64,000 nt of DNA, taken from contig CAVUKA010000003.1 of NCBI GenBank assembly GCA_963741945.1, positions 659,998 to 723,997 on the forward strand, in the 5' to 3' direction. Under the pieces are notes generated by a model. It saw only the letters and a list, made by a program, of their open reading frames with translations. It had not been told where the DNA came from and made no database searches. Source of the DNA: an uncultured Gemmatimonadales bacterium (lineage in GTDB: Bacteria; Gemmatimonadota; Gemmatimonadetes; Longimicrobiales; RSA9). Shown here piece after piece: positions 36,768-46,888 of the stretch (positions within the stretch are counted from its first letter, which is position 1; the number at the start of each line of letters is the position of its first letter). The position numbers and the translations under genes were made by a program.

Positions 36768-39074
36768 ATGACGCAGAACATCTCCGCCCGGGTGGCCTCC
36801 GAGCTCGGCCTCTCCACCACGCAGGTGAGCGCTACGCTCCGCCTCTTCGACGAGGGGAGCACCCTCCCGTTCATCGCACGCTACCGGAAGGAGGCCACCG
36901 GGGGTCTCGATGAAGTTCAGCTCCGGGATGTGCGTGACCGCGCGGCCTACCTGACGGAGCTGGAGGAGCGCCGGGCGACGATCCTCGCGTCCATCGAGGA
37001 GCAGGGTAAGCTGGACGCCGTGTTGCGCGCCCGCATCGAGGCGGCGGAGACGAAGCAGGAGCTGGAAGACCTGTACCTGCCGTACAAGCCGAAGCGGCGA
37101 ACGCGCGCGACCATCGCAAGGGAGAAGGGGCTCGAGCCGCTGGCCGACGCGCTCTGGGAGAGCGAGCTGGATGACGACGCTGCCGCGGCCGCCGCCGAGG
37201 GCTACGTCGACGCGGAGAAGGGGGTCGAGACTGCGGCCGACGCCCTCCAGGGGGCGCGCGACATCCTGGCCGAGCGCGTGGCGGAGGACGCCGACCTGCG
37301 CGGCTGGCTGCGGGACGAGACGCGGGCGAAGGGCCTCGTCGTTTCGAAGGTGATCCAGGGCAAGGAGTCCACCACGGAGGCGGCGCGCTTCCGCGACTAC
37401 TTCGACTTCAGCCAGAAGGCCACGGACATCCCGAGCCACCGCATGCTCGCCATCCGGCGGGGCGAGGCGGAGGAAGTGCTGACGTGGTCCATCGAGGCGC
37501 CCGGGGAAGAGCTGCTGGCGGGGGTCGTCGCCCGCGTGGTGCGGGACCGCCCGGCGCGCGCCCAGATGACGCGGGTGGCGGAGGACGCGTTCAGGCGCCT
37601 GCTGACCACGTCGATCCAGACGGAGCTGCGCCTCGAGCTGAAGGACCGCGCCAATGTGGACGCCATTGACATCTTCGGCCGGAACCTCGAGCAGCTCCTG
37701 CTGGCACCGCCCGCCGGCGAGCGTGCGGTGATCGGGCTCGATCCCGGCTTCCGCACGGGCGTGAAAGTGGCCGTGGTGTCGCGCACGGGCGCGCTCCTGG
37801 ACACGGACACGCTCTACCTCCACCAGTCCGACCGCTTCGCCGCCGGGCTGAAAGCGCTCGTCCACAAGCACTCGCCCGACCTCATCGCCATCGGCAACGG
37901 CACGGCTTCCCGCGAGACGGACGAGGCCGTTCGCGGAGCGCTCGACGGCCTCGATGCGTGCCCCGGCATCGTTGTGGTGAACGAGTCCGGCGCCAGCGTC
38001 TATTCCGCTTCCGACATCGCCCGCGACGAGCTCCCGGAGCTGGACGTCTCCCTGCGCGGCGCCGTCTCCATCGCGCGTCGCCTGCAGGACCCGCTGGCGG
38101 AGCTGGTGAAGATCGACCCCAAGTCCATCGGCGTGGGGCAGTACCAGCACGACGTGGATCAGCCGGAGCTGAAGCGCCGCCTCGACGAAGTGGTCCAGAT
38201 CTGCGTGAACCGCGTGGGCGTCGAAGTGAACACCGCGTCCCCATCACTCCTCGCCTACATCGCCGGGCTCGGCCCCACGCTCGCCCGCAACATTGTGGCG
38301 TACCGCGACTCCAAGGGGGGGCTCGGCTCCCGCCGCGAGCTGCTGCAGGTCACGCGTCTCGGGCCCAAGGCCTTCGAGCAGGCCGCCGGCTTCCTGCGCA
38401 TCCGCGCCGCCGAGAACCCGCTCGACCGCACTGCCGTCCATCCCGAGCGCTACGACCTGGTCCAGCGCATGGCTGCGGATGTCGGCGTCGCGCTTGACGA
38501 CCTGGTGGAGAACGAGGCCGCCGTGTCGCAGATCCGGCTCGACCGCTACGTCTCCGACGACGTGGGGCGCCCCACCCTCGAGGACATCCTCGACGAGCTC
38601 CGCCGCCCCGGCCGCGACCCCCGGGCCACGTTCGAAGCGCCCTCCTTCCGCGAGGACGTCAAGGAGGTGAAGGACCTGCAGAAGGGGATGCAGCTCGACG
38701 GTGTGGTCACCAACGTCGTGGCATTCGGCGCGTTCGTGGACATCGGCGTCCACCAGGACGGCCTCGTCCACGTCTCCCAGCTCGCCGACCGCTTCATCAA
38801 GGACCCCGCCGACGTGGTCCACGTGGGCGACCGGGTGAAAGTCACCGTCATCTCCGTCGACCTGGAGCGGAACCGGATCGGGCTCTCCATGAAGTCCGAC
38901 CCCTTCGCAGAACCCGGCCAGCGGACGGGCGGCAGCGCCGGCACCGACGCCGGCGGCAGGAACGAAGGCAAGGGCGCCCGCTCCGGTCGGGGTCGCTCCG
39001 GCCGGGGGCGCGGGAAGAAGCCGGCGGTGCCGAAGCCGGGCACGGTGGCGCCGAACGGGATCCGCTTCACCTGA
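36768..39074 (+). CDS. tex: Tex family RNA-binding transcription accessory protein
   Basis: PFIARYRKEATG, LEDLYLPYKPKRRT, GLDPGFRTG, IGVGQYQHDV and a C-terminal S1 domain. Confidence 0.96.
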   Translation: MTQNISARVASELGLSTTQVSATLRLFDEGSTLPFIARYRKEATGGLDEVQLRDVRDRAAYLTELEERRATILASIEEQGKLDAVLRARIEAAETKQELEDLYLPYKPKRRTRATIAREKGLEPLADALWESELDDDAAAAAAEGYVDAEKGVETAADALQGARDILAERVAEDADLRGWLRDETRAKGLVVSKVIQGKESTTEAARFRDYFDFSQKATDIPSHRMLAIRRGEAEEVLTWSIEAPGEELLAGVVARVVRDRPARAQMTRVAEDAFRRLLTTSIQTELRLELKDRANVDAIDIFGRNLEQLLLAPPAGERAVIGLDPGFRTGVKVAVVSRTGALLDTDTLYLHQSDRFAAGLKALVHKHSPDLIAIGNGTASRETDEAVRGALDGLDACPGIVVVNESGASVYSASDIARDELPELDVSLRGAVSIARRLQDPLAELVKIDPKSIGVGQYQHDVDQPELKRRLDEVVQICVNRVGVEVNTASPSLLAYIAGLGPTLARNIVAYRDSKGGLGSRRELLQVTRLGPKAFEQAAGFLRIRAAENPLDRTAVHPERYDLVQRMAADVGVALDDLVENEAAVSQIRLDRYVSDDVGRPTLEDILDELRRPGRDPRATFEAPSFREDVKEVKDLQKGMQLDGVVTNVVAFGAFVDIGVHQDGLVHVSQLADRFIKDPADVVHVGDRVKVTVISVDLERNRIGLSMKSDPFAEPGQRTGGSAGTDAGGRNEGKGARSGRGRSGRGRGKKPAVPKPGTVAPNGIRFT

Positions 39075-39169
39075 CGCGCGATCGGGTGGGGCGCGGGATT
39101 GACCGGGGGCGCGCGGGCGCGTAGCCTGGACGGAGCAGGCGTCCGCTCCCCTTCGATCCGGCTGCTACC

Positions 39170-39583
39170 ATGAAAGTGCTCCGACTCACCCGCCGCCCCG
39201 GGTCCCTGGCCGTGGTCACCGCCGCGCTCCTCCTGGCCGCATGCAACCCGCTGGACCTGGGTCACAACACCGTGACTCTCGAGGTCGACAGCGAGGACGG
39301 CTCCGCCGTCCGCCTCATCACGTCCTACGACTTCAGCATCTACTACGAGCAGACCGGGCAGGAGCAGTTCGTCCTGAGCGACGCGGACACCACGTGGGTC
39401 GATACGCCGTTCAGTCACGATTACGAGCTTTCCCGCACCGGCCGCTTCTACGCCCGCGCCATGGAAGCCGAGAACCCGCAAGCGAGCGTGTCGCTGCGCG
39501 CGCTCGTGGATGGGAATGAGATCTTCTTCCGGGATGTGGTCCTTACTGGCGACGGAACCCAGTTCTACTACCGGCAGCGCTGA
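39170..39583 (+). CDS. Hypothetical lipoprotein
   Basis: Lipobox LAAC; composition typical of a real protein. Confidence 0.7.
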   Translation: MKVLRLTRRPGSLAVVTAALLLAACNPLDLGHNTVTLEVDSEDGSAVRLITSYDFSIYYEQTGQEQFVLSDADTTWVDTPFSHDYELSRTGRFYARAMEAENPQASVSLRALVDGNEIFFRDVVLTGDGTQFYYRQR

Positions 39584-39620
39584 CCCCCCCCACCTGCGTC
39601 CGGGACACGCTCCACATTGC

Positions 39621-39650
39621 TTGACAGGCCTTCCGTCCGGCTCATATCTT
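39621..39650 (+). promoter_or_regulatory. Sigma70-like promoter for the second susC operon
   Basis: TTGACA-N18-TATCTT, the same spacing as the promoter of the first susC. Confidence 0.55.
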
Positions 39651-39790
39651 GGGCCTCAACCTGCCGAAATCGATGACCAAAGGGCCGGTTCACCTTCCCC
39701 CCGCCGTCGGGCGCGAGCCAGCGGCGTGCGTGGCCCGCCCTCATAGCAGCTCTAAATAGAAAGCGTTCTCTCCCGGCCAAGGAGGTCACC

Positions 39791-39817
39791 ATGCGTGGCG
39801 TTCTCGTCCCGCCTTAG
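39791..39817 (+). CDS. Candidate leader peptide/uORF MRGVLVPP*
   Basis: Perfect AAGGAGGT Shine-Dalgarno (39779-39786) 4 nt before the ATG; ends Pro-Pro-stop; 84 nt upstream of susC. Confidence 0.4.
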   Translation: MRGVLVPP

Positions 39818-39901
39818 TCGTTGTGTATCGTCCCGGCACACGGATGTCCCCTGCCCCGCCCCTGGGTAGGTCCGGAGCATCATCCCCCATTGGAGGCGTT
39901 T

Positions 39902-42900
39902 ATGAACAGGAGATTTGGTTCGGTTGTGCTCCTGCTTGCGGCGCTGTTCCTGCCGGCAGCGGTTGCCGCGCAGGGTGCAGTCATCACCGGCACGGTCCAC
40001 AATCAGTCGATGGAGCCCGTGCGCGGCGCGGCCGTGTCCGTACAGGGCATGCGCCTGTCGACGGTGAGCAACGAGCAGGGTTTCTACCGCCTGCAGCTGC
40101 CCGAGGGCGCGCGCGGGCAGGTCACCCTGGCCGTGGAAATCATCGGGTATCGCCCGGCCACCGTGGAAGTGACGGTCACGGGAGGCACGGTCCGCCAGGA
40201 CATTTCCCTCGTGGAGCAGGCCATTGCCCTCGACGAGATCGTGGTCACCGGCACGGCGGGGCGGCAGTCCCGGCGAGCCCAGTCGGCCGTGGTCTCAACG
40301 GTGGACGCGGCGCAGGTCGCGCAGGTCGCCCCCGTCTCGTCCATCACGCAGCTGCTTCAGTCGCGCGTCCCCGGCATGGACGTGCAGGTCTCGGGCGGGA
40401 ACCTGGGCGGCACGCAGGTGATCCGCATGCGTGGCCAGGCCTCGCTCACGTTGTCCAACGAGCCGCTCATCTTCATTGATGGCGTGCGTGCGGACCAGCG
40501 GAACGGCGCCAACTACTACGCGGTAGGCGGTCAGGAGACGAGCCGTTTGAACGACCTCCGTCCCGAGGACATCGCGGACATCGAGGTGATCAAGGGCCCC
40601 GCGGCCGCCGCGCTCTACGGTGCGGACGCGTCGGCGGGCGTGATCCAGATCATCACGAAGCAGGGCCAGCAGAATTCGTCATTCTCGCAGACGCTCTCCG
40701 CCGAGTACCAGGCGCTCGACTGGGGCTACTGGACACCGCCGGACAACTGGGCCGCGTGCACCACCTCCGCAGTGGCGAACGCGGACAATCCGTGCTACGG
40801 CCAGTCGGTGGGCGCGCTGGTGCACGACAACCCGCTGGTGCGGACCGGTGCGATCCAGCAGGGCTACCGCCAGTCGCTGAACTGGTCGGGGACCGGCGGC
40901 GGCTCGAACTACGGCTACTACCTCTCGCTGGGTGGTGACAAGGGCGAGGGCGCCTTCGTCAACAACAAGCAGAACACGCAGTCGGCCCGCGGCAACTTCA
41001 ACTTCCAGCCGTCGCCCAAGCTGCGCATCGAGATGGGGATGGGCGTGGTGCGCTCGGATATCCAGCTGCCGCGCAACGACAACGACATCTACGGCTGGCT
41101 GGGCGGCGCCATGCTGGGCAACCCGACCAGCGTGGGCACGTCACGGGACGGCTGGTACGCGCCGAACCGGCAGAACGCCGCCATCGCGGCGTACGAGAAC
41201 ATCAACACGACCATGCGGACCACGCCGCGTCTCCAGGTCAACTACAGTCCGTATCAGTGGATGACGAACCGGCTGACCATGGGGCTGGACGCCAGCCGGT
41301 CCGAGCAGCACTACTTCTACCCGAAGAACGACAACGGGTGGTACTCGGGCGTGTACAACACCGGGCAGATCGGGCAGGCGCGTCAGAACTATGACCGCTA
41401 CACCTTCGACTACCTGGGCAACATCGCGAACGCGCTGACGAGCACCATCAGTTCGGACCTGTCGCTCGGGACGCAGCTCCTGTACACCCGCTACGACCGG
41501 ACCAGCGCCACGGGGATCGGGCTGACCACGAACGCGGCCAACGCCATCGACCAGGCGGCGCAGACCACGGGCGGGCAGACGTTCAACGAGGAAGCGCAGG
41601 TCGGGTTCTTCGGACAGTGGCAGGTCGGCTTCTCCGAGCGGCTCTACCTCCAGATGGCCGGCCGGATGGACCAGCACTCGGCGTTCGGCGTGAACGCGGA
41701 CTGGTTCTTCAGCCCGAAGATCGGCGCCTCCTGGGTGCTGTCCGAGGAGCCTTTCTTCCAGGCACACATGCCGGATCTGATCAGCACGCTGCGCCTGCGG
41801 GCCGCGTACGGGACCACCGGCCGCTCGCCCACGCAGGGCGCGCTGGCCACCTACACCGCGTCCCCGTTCGCCTTCGTCGACCGCAGCGTGGGCTCGGGCG
41901 TGCAGGCGGAGGACATGGGCAACCCCGATCTCAAGCCGGAGCGCGGGACCGAGATCGAGGCGGGCTTCGAGGCCGGTCTCTTCGATGAGCGCCTGGGCCT
42001 CGAGCTGACCTACTTCAACAAGGTCGGCACGGACGTGATCCTGCGGCGGCCGCTGCCGCCGTCGGCGGGCTTCACGGACAACCAGCTGGTCAACATCGGC
42101 AAGGTGCTGAACAGCGGCTTCGAGATCTCGGCGAACGCCCGCGTCCTGACCGCGAGCGACCTGTCCTGGGATGTCCGCGTGGGCATGAACACCCTCCACA
42201 GCGAGATCCAGGACCTGGGCGGCGTGGAGCCGTACTGGACTGGCTGGGCGCAGCAGAACAAGGAAGGGTACGAGGCGCACGCGTTCTTCACCCGCCAGGT
42301 GGAGCACTTCGTCGTCGACGCCAGCGACCCGCAGGCTTCCATCTGCGGCACGAGCGGCGGCGAGTTCCAGCAGTGCGCCATCGTGACGGCGGAGGAGACG
42401 TACAAGGGGCACTACATGCCCACCTTCGAGGGCAACCTGTCCTCCACTCTCACGTTCCTGCGCAACTTCCGGGTCTATGCGCTGCTGGACTGGAAGAACA
42501 ACTTCATGATCTACAACAACACGGACCAGTTCCGTGAGCGGCAGTTCGGGCAGGGCGAGCGCTGGGTCCGCCGTAACGACCCCACGTTCAACCAGAGCGA
42601 CGAGGAGCGCCTCCGCCGCTTCGGGCCGTTCTACTACCTGGACGACCAGGGCAATTACCAGCCCATTTCGGCCGGCAACGTCGACGACGCATACGTGGAG
42701 CCGGGTGACTTCACCCGTCTGCGCGAGGTGTCGCTGCACTACACCATCCCCGACCAGGTCGCGGCCCTGGCCCACGTCTCCGGCGCAACGCTCTCCGTCG
42801 GCGGACGCAACCTGGCGCTGTGGACGAAGTACTCGGGCCCGGACCCGGAGGTGTCGCTGTATCTCACCACCGACGAGCGCTCCGACTTCCTGACGCTGCC

Positions 42901-42943
42901 GTCAGCGCGGAGCGGGTTCGTCAAGCTCACCTTCCGGTTCTGA
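39902..42943 (+). CDS. SusC/RagA family TonB-dependent transporter
   Basis: LNDLRPEDIADIEVIKGPAAAALYGADASAGVIQIITK, GNPDLKPE and C-terminal Phe; GGAGG RBS. Confidence 0.94.
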   Translation: MNRRFGSVVLLLAALFLPAAVAAQGAVITGTVHNQSMEPVRGAAVSVQGMRLSTVSNEQGFYRLQLPEGARGQVTLAVEIIGYRPATVEVTVTGGTVRQDISLVEQAIALDEIVVTGTAGRQSRRAQSAVVSTVDAAQVAQVAPVSSITQLLQSRVPGMDVQVSGGNLGGTQVIRMRGQASLTLSNEPLIFIDGVRADQRNGANYYAVGGQETSRLNDLRPEDIADIEVIKGPAAAALYGADASAGVIQIITKQGQQNSSFSQTLSAEYQALDWGYWTPPDNWAACTTSAVANADNPCYGQSVGALVHDNPLVRTGAIQQGYRQSLNWSGTGGGSNYGYYLSLGGDKGEGAFVNNKQNTQSARGNFNFQPSPKLRIEMGMGVVRSDIQLPRNDNDIYGWLGGAMLGNPTSVGTSRDGWYAPNRQNAAIAAYENINTTMRTTPRLQVNYSPYQWMTNRLTMGLDASRSEQHYFYPKNDNGWYSGVYNTGQIGQARQNYDRYTFDYLGNIANALTSTISSDLSLGTQLLYTRYDRTSATGIGLTTNAANAIDQAAQTTGGQTFNEEAQVGFFGQWQVGFSERLYLQMAGRMDQHSAFGVNADWFFSPKIGASWVLSEEPFFQAHMPDLISTLRLRAAYGTTGRSPTQGALATYTASPFAFVDRSVGSGVQAEDMGNPDLKPERGTEIEAGFEAGLFDERLGLELTYFNKVGTDVILRRPLPPSAGFTDNQLVNIGKVLNSGFEISANARVLTASDLSWDVRVGMNTLHSEIQDLGGVEPYWTGWAQQNKEGYEAHAFFTRQVEHFVVDASDPQASICGTSGGEFQQCAIVTAEETYKGHYMPTFEGNLSSTLTFLRNFRVYALLDWKNNFMIYNNTDQFRERQFGQGERWVRRNDPTFNQSDEERLRRFGPFYYLDDQGNYQPISAGNVDDAYVEPGDFTRLREVSLHYTIPDQVAALAHVSGATLSVGGRNLALWTKYSGPDPEVSLYLTTDERSDFLTLPSARSGFVKLTFRF

Positions 42944-42952
42944 GGAGGAGCC

Positions 42953-44299
42953 ATGAACACGACGATCCGAAGCGGTTTCGCCGTCGCGCTCCTCGCCGCC
43001 GCAAGTGTGGCGGTCACGGGGTGCGACAACTTCCTGGATGTGAAGACTCCCTACACGATCGCGGCAGCGAGCGTCGATCCGGTGAACGACGCACTCGCGT
43101 TCTCGAGCTCCTCGTGGCAGAACTACGTGGAGGCGCTGGGCGATTTCGCGGTCTACGAGGCGTGGTTCACCAACTCGCTGCGCGTGGGCGACACGTTCCC
43201 TACGCGGAACGAGTTCGGCCGCCGATTCATCGATGACCGTACCAACGGCACGCTTAACACCGAGCTGTGGACGCCCATCTCCACGGCAGTGGCTTCGGCC
43301 GAGGACGGCCTGGTCCTGCTCGAGGAGCTGGATGACAGCAACATCAACCGGACCCGCCTGTACCTGACCTCGGCTTTCGGGTCGCTGACCATGGCCGAGA
43401 GCTTCTGCACGGGCGTGATCCGCGAGGGACCCGGCGCACCGTCGCCGGAGCTGACGAAGTCGCAGATGCTGGAGCACGCCATCGAGCGCTTCCAGCAGAC
43501 CATCTCCTCCGGCACGGCCAATGGCACGGCCGACGGGGTGGCGATGGCGAACGCGGCGCGCGTGGGCCTGGCCCGGGCGCACCTGTTCCACGGCGACCTG
43601 TCCGCCGTGGCGGGTGACGTGAGCGCGGTACCGGCCGGTTTCCAGTACAACGCCACGTATGTCGACGACCCGGGCAACCGGGGTCGGCTGGGCAACACGG
43701 TGTTCGCGTTCTCCGGGCGCACGGCCAACCGCGAAAGTGGCGTGGTGGGTCCTGAGTGGCGGGCGCTCGGCCAGGGGGTGGACGTTTCCAGCACGCAGCC
43801 GTTCGCCGGCGAGGTCGACGGCGATGCACGGGTGAGCTGGCGCTACGAGGGTCGCACGGCGCAGGACGGCGTGCACGCCTTCGTGTTCCAGACCACGCAT
43901 GACGGCTGGGATGCCCCGCTGGTGGTGGCCAGTGAGCTCGAGGCGAGATACCTCGTGCAGCAGGCCAGCGGCACGGAAGCGAGCCGGATCGCGCTCATCA
44001 ACGAGCGACGGGCGGCCAACGGCCAGCCCACGATGGACGCCGGTGACTTCACCGGCCCGGACGCCGTCCTGGAGGAGCTGCTCTTCCAGAAGAGCCTCGA
44101 TTTCTGGCTCACGGCCCGCCGCATGGCGGACTGGCGCTGGTACACCGGTGACGGTGCCACCGCGCGCGGCACGCATTTCCGGTACGTTCTCGAGCCCACC
44201 GATGCCTACTACAAGCCGGAAGTGGGCGGCATGGGGGACCAGGTGTGTTTCCCGCTGCCGTACAACGAGTACTCGCGGAACACGGACATCAACCGGTAG
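42953..44299 (+). CDS. RagB/SusD-like lipoprotein
   Basis: Lipobox VTGC; AESFC, ARVGLARAHL, FWLTARRMAD and CFPLP; directly after susC. Confidence 0.85.
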   Translation: MNTTIRSGFAVALLAAASVAVTGCDNFLDVKTPYTIAAASVDPVNDALAFSSSSWQNYVEALGDFAVYEAWFTNSLRVGDTFPTRNEFGRRFIDDRTNGTLNTELWTPISTAVASAEDGLVLLEELDDSNINRTRLYLTSAFGSLTMAESFCTGVIREGPGAPSPELTKSQMLEHAIERFQQTISSGTANGTADGVAMANAARVGLARAHLFHGDLSAVAGDVSAVPAGFQYNATYVDDPGNRGRLGNTVFAFSGRTANRESGVVGPEWRALGQGVDVSSTQPFAGEVDGDARVSWRYEGRTAQDGVHAFVFQTTHDGWDAPLVVASELEARYLVQQASGTEASRIALINERRAANGQPTMDAGDFTGPDAVLEELLFQKSLDFWLTARRMADWRWYTGDGATARGTHFRYVLEPTDAYYKPEVGGMGDQVCFPLPYNEYSRNTDINR

Positions 44300-44311
44300 T
44301 CACGACAACCA

Positions 44312-44337
44312 GGCGGGGCGGCGAGCGCCGCCCCGCC
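44312..44337 (+). terminator. GC-rich hairpin after susD (a second hairpin follows at 44347-44380)
   Basis: ggcggggcggcg-ag-cgccgccccgcc inverted repeat. Confidence 0.45.
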
Positions 44338-44397
44338 GCTGCCCGGGTGCCCGGCGCGAGCCTCGTCTTGTGCCGGGCACGCCTTTTGGGAGGCGTC

Positions 44398-46442
44398 ATG
44401 CACCGAACTCCGTTGTTCGCGCTCCTGGTCGCGCTGGCCACCCTCACCCCCCGCTCCGTTCCCGCACAGCAGCCGGGCGACCGGCTCCAGCTGGGCTCCT
44501 ACCTCGAGTGGGAGACCGTGTCCGGACCCCGCCTTTCGCCCGATGGGCGGCAGGTCCTCTTCACCCGGCGGCACGTGGACAAGATCAACGACCGCTGGAC
44601 CGGGTCGCTCTGGCTGATGAACGCCGACGGCACGAAGCTCCGCTTCCTGGCCGACGGCGGTGCCGCCGAATGGTCACCCGACGGCGCGCGCATCGCCTAC
44701 ACGGCCCGCGGGGAGCCCGTGGGGAGCCAGCTCTTCGTCCGCTGGATGGACGCGGAGGGCGCCACAACGCAGGTCACCCACGTGACGGAATCGCCGTCGG
44801 ACGTGGCGTGGAGCCCGGACGGGGAGTGGCTCGCCTTCTCCATGCTGGTGCCGAAGTCGGAGAGCTGGAAGATCGCCATGCCCGCGAAGCCGGAGGGGGC
44901 GAAGTGGACGGAAGCGCCACGCATCGTCCAGAGCCTGGACTACCGCCAGGATCGCCGCGGCTTCAACGAGGAGGGGCACCGGCACATCTTCGTGGTCCCC
45001 GCCACCGGCGGCACGCCGCGGCAGGTCACCAGCGGCGACTGGGACCACACCGGCCCGGAATGGACCCCCGACGGCCGCGCCATCCTCTTCTCCACCCTGC
45101 GTACCGAGGATTCGGAGTACGCCTGGCGCGAGTCCGAGATCTACGGCGTGGACGTGGCCACCGGGAAGATCACGCAGCTCACAGACCGGAAAGGCCCGGA
45201 CTATGCCCCGCGTGTGTCCCCCGACGGCCGGCGCGTCGCGTACGTGGGCTATGACTGGAGCGATGACACGTTCCGCGAGTCCGTCCTCTACGTCATGGAC
45301 GCGGACGGCTCCAACCCGCGGGCGCTCACGGCGTCGCTGGACCGCTCGCCCAGCGGGCACCAATGGGCGCCTGACGGCAGCGGCGTGTACTTCAACGTGA
45401 GTCGCGAAGGCGTGCGCGATCTGTACTTCGCATCCCTGGACGGGAACGTGCGCCGGGTCACGGAAGGGAACCACGTCCTGGACGTGGCGGACATCCGGGG
45501 GCGTACGGCGGTGGGCGTGCTGGAGGGGCCGCAGGCGCCCGGCGACATCGTCGCCTTCGACCTCCGTCGCCCGAAGGAGATGCGGCAGCTGACCGCGGTG
45601 AACGCGGACGTGCTGCACGGCGTGGCGCTGGGCGAGGTGGAGGAGATCTGGTATCCATCGCTGGACGGCTTCCGGATCCAGGGGTGGGTGGTCAAGCCGC
45701 CGGACTTCGACCCGGCGAGGAAGTACCCGCTCATGCTCAATATCCACGGGGGGCCGCACGCCATGTACGACGTGGGCTTCAACTTCGGCTGGCAGGAGCA
45801 CGCGGCGCACGACTACGTGGTGCTCTACCTCAACCCCCGCGGCAGCTCCGGCTACGGCAGCGCGTTCGGCAATGCCATCAAGAACGACTACCCGAACAAG
45901 GATTACGAGGACCTGATGGCGGGCGTGGACACGGTCATCGCCCGCGGGTACATCGACAGCGACAACATGTTCGTGTACGGGTGCAGCGGCGGGGGAGTCC
46001 TCACGGCGTGGACGGTGGGGCACACGGACCGCTTCCGCGCGGCGTCGGCCAACTGCCCCGTCATCGACTGGATCAGCTTCGTGGGCAACACGGACTCGCC
46101 GGGCTGGTATCGCAATTTCGCGAACTACCCGTGGGAGGACCCGAGCGAGCACCTGCGCCGCTCACCGCTGATGTACGCGGGCAACGTGAAGACCCCCACC
46201 ATGCTCATGACCGGCGTGCTGGACCTGCGCACGCCGATCCCGCAGACGGAGGAGTTCTACGAAGCGCTCAAAGTCCTGAAGGTGCCCACCGCCATGGTCC
46301 GCTTCAACAACGAGTGGCACGGCACCAGCTCCACTCCGTCGAACTTCCTGCGCACGCAGCTCTACCTTCGCTACTGGTTCGAGAAGTGGGGGACCCACGA
46401 CGACGGGGCGAGGGGGCGCTGGGCGACCAGGGCAGCCACTGA
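44398..46442 (+). CDS. S9 family peptidase (acylaminoacyl/dipeptidyl peptidase) with beta-propeller, secreted; C-terminus uncertain (as assembled the frame runs to 46635)
   Basis: PD40-like WSPDG repeats; IHGGPH, NPRGSSGYG, GCSGGG nucleophile, DLRTP and EWHG. Confidence 0.9.
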
Positions 46443-46480
46443 GCCGGCCCCCCGTTCATGGCATTCCACGAGGAGGATCG

Positions 46481-46885
46481 ATGAAGAAGATGATGCTGGG
46501 CCTGACGCTCGCGCTCGCGGTCACCGGCGCCTGTGCCACATCGGGTGCACCGGGCGGGCAGAGCGGGACCTCCCGCGACACGATCGAGCGCGACGAGATC
46601 GCCGCGGAAGGCGGGCAGATCCGCACCGCCTATGACGCGGTGGAGCAGCTCCGGCCCCAGTTCCTGCGCAACCGCACGAACGCGACGGCCGGCGTGGGGG
46701 CGGCCACGGTCGAGCCGGTGGTGGTCTACGTGGACGGGGTGCGCCGGGGCGGCGTGGACGAGCTGCGGAACATCCCCATCGAGTACGTGGTGCGGATCCA
46801 CTACGTTCGGCCTACGGACGCGCAGACACTGTACGGGATGGGTCACGGCAGCGGTGTCATCCAGGTGGCCACCACCACCGGCTGA
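46481..46885 (+). CDS. Small lipoprotein resembling a stand-alone TonB-receptor plug domain
   Basis: Lipobox TGAC; AYDAVEQLRPQFL..PVVYVDG..LRNIP..A..LYG..GVIQVATT; AGGAGG RBS. Confidence 0.8.
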   Translation: MKKMMLGLTLALAVTGACATSGAPGGQSGTSRDTIERDEIAAEGGQIRTAYDAVEQLRPQFLRNRTNATAGVGAATVEPVVVYVDGVRRGGVDELRNIPIEYVVRIHYVRPTDAQTLYGMGHGSGVIQVATTTG

Positions 46886-46888
46886 GGG

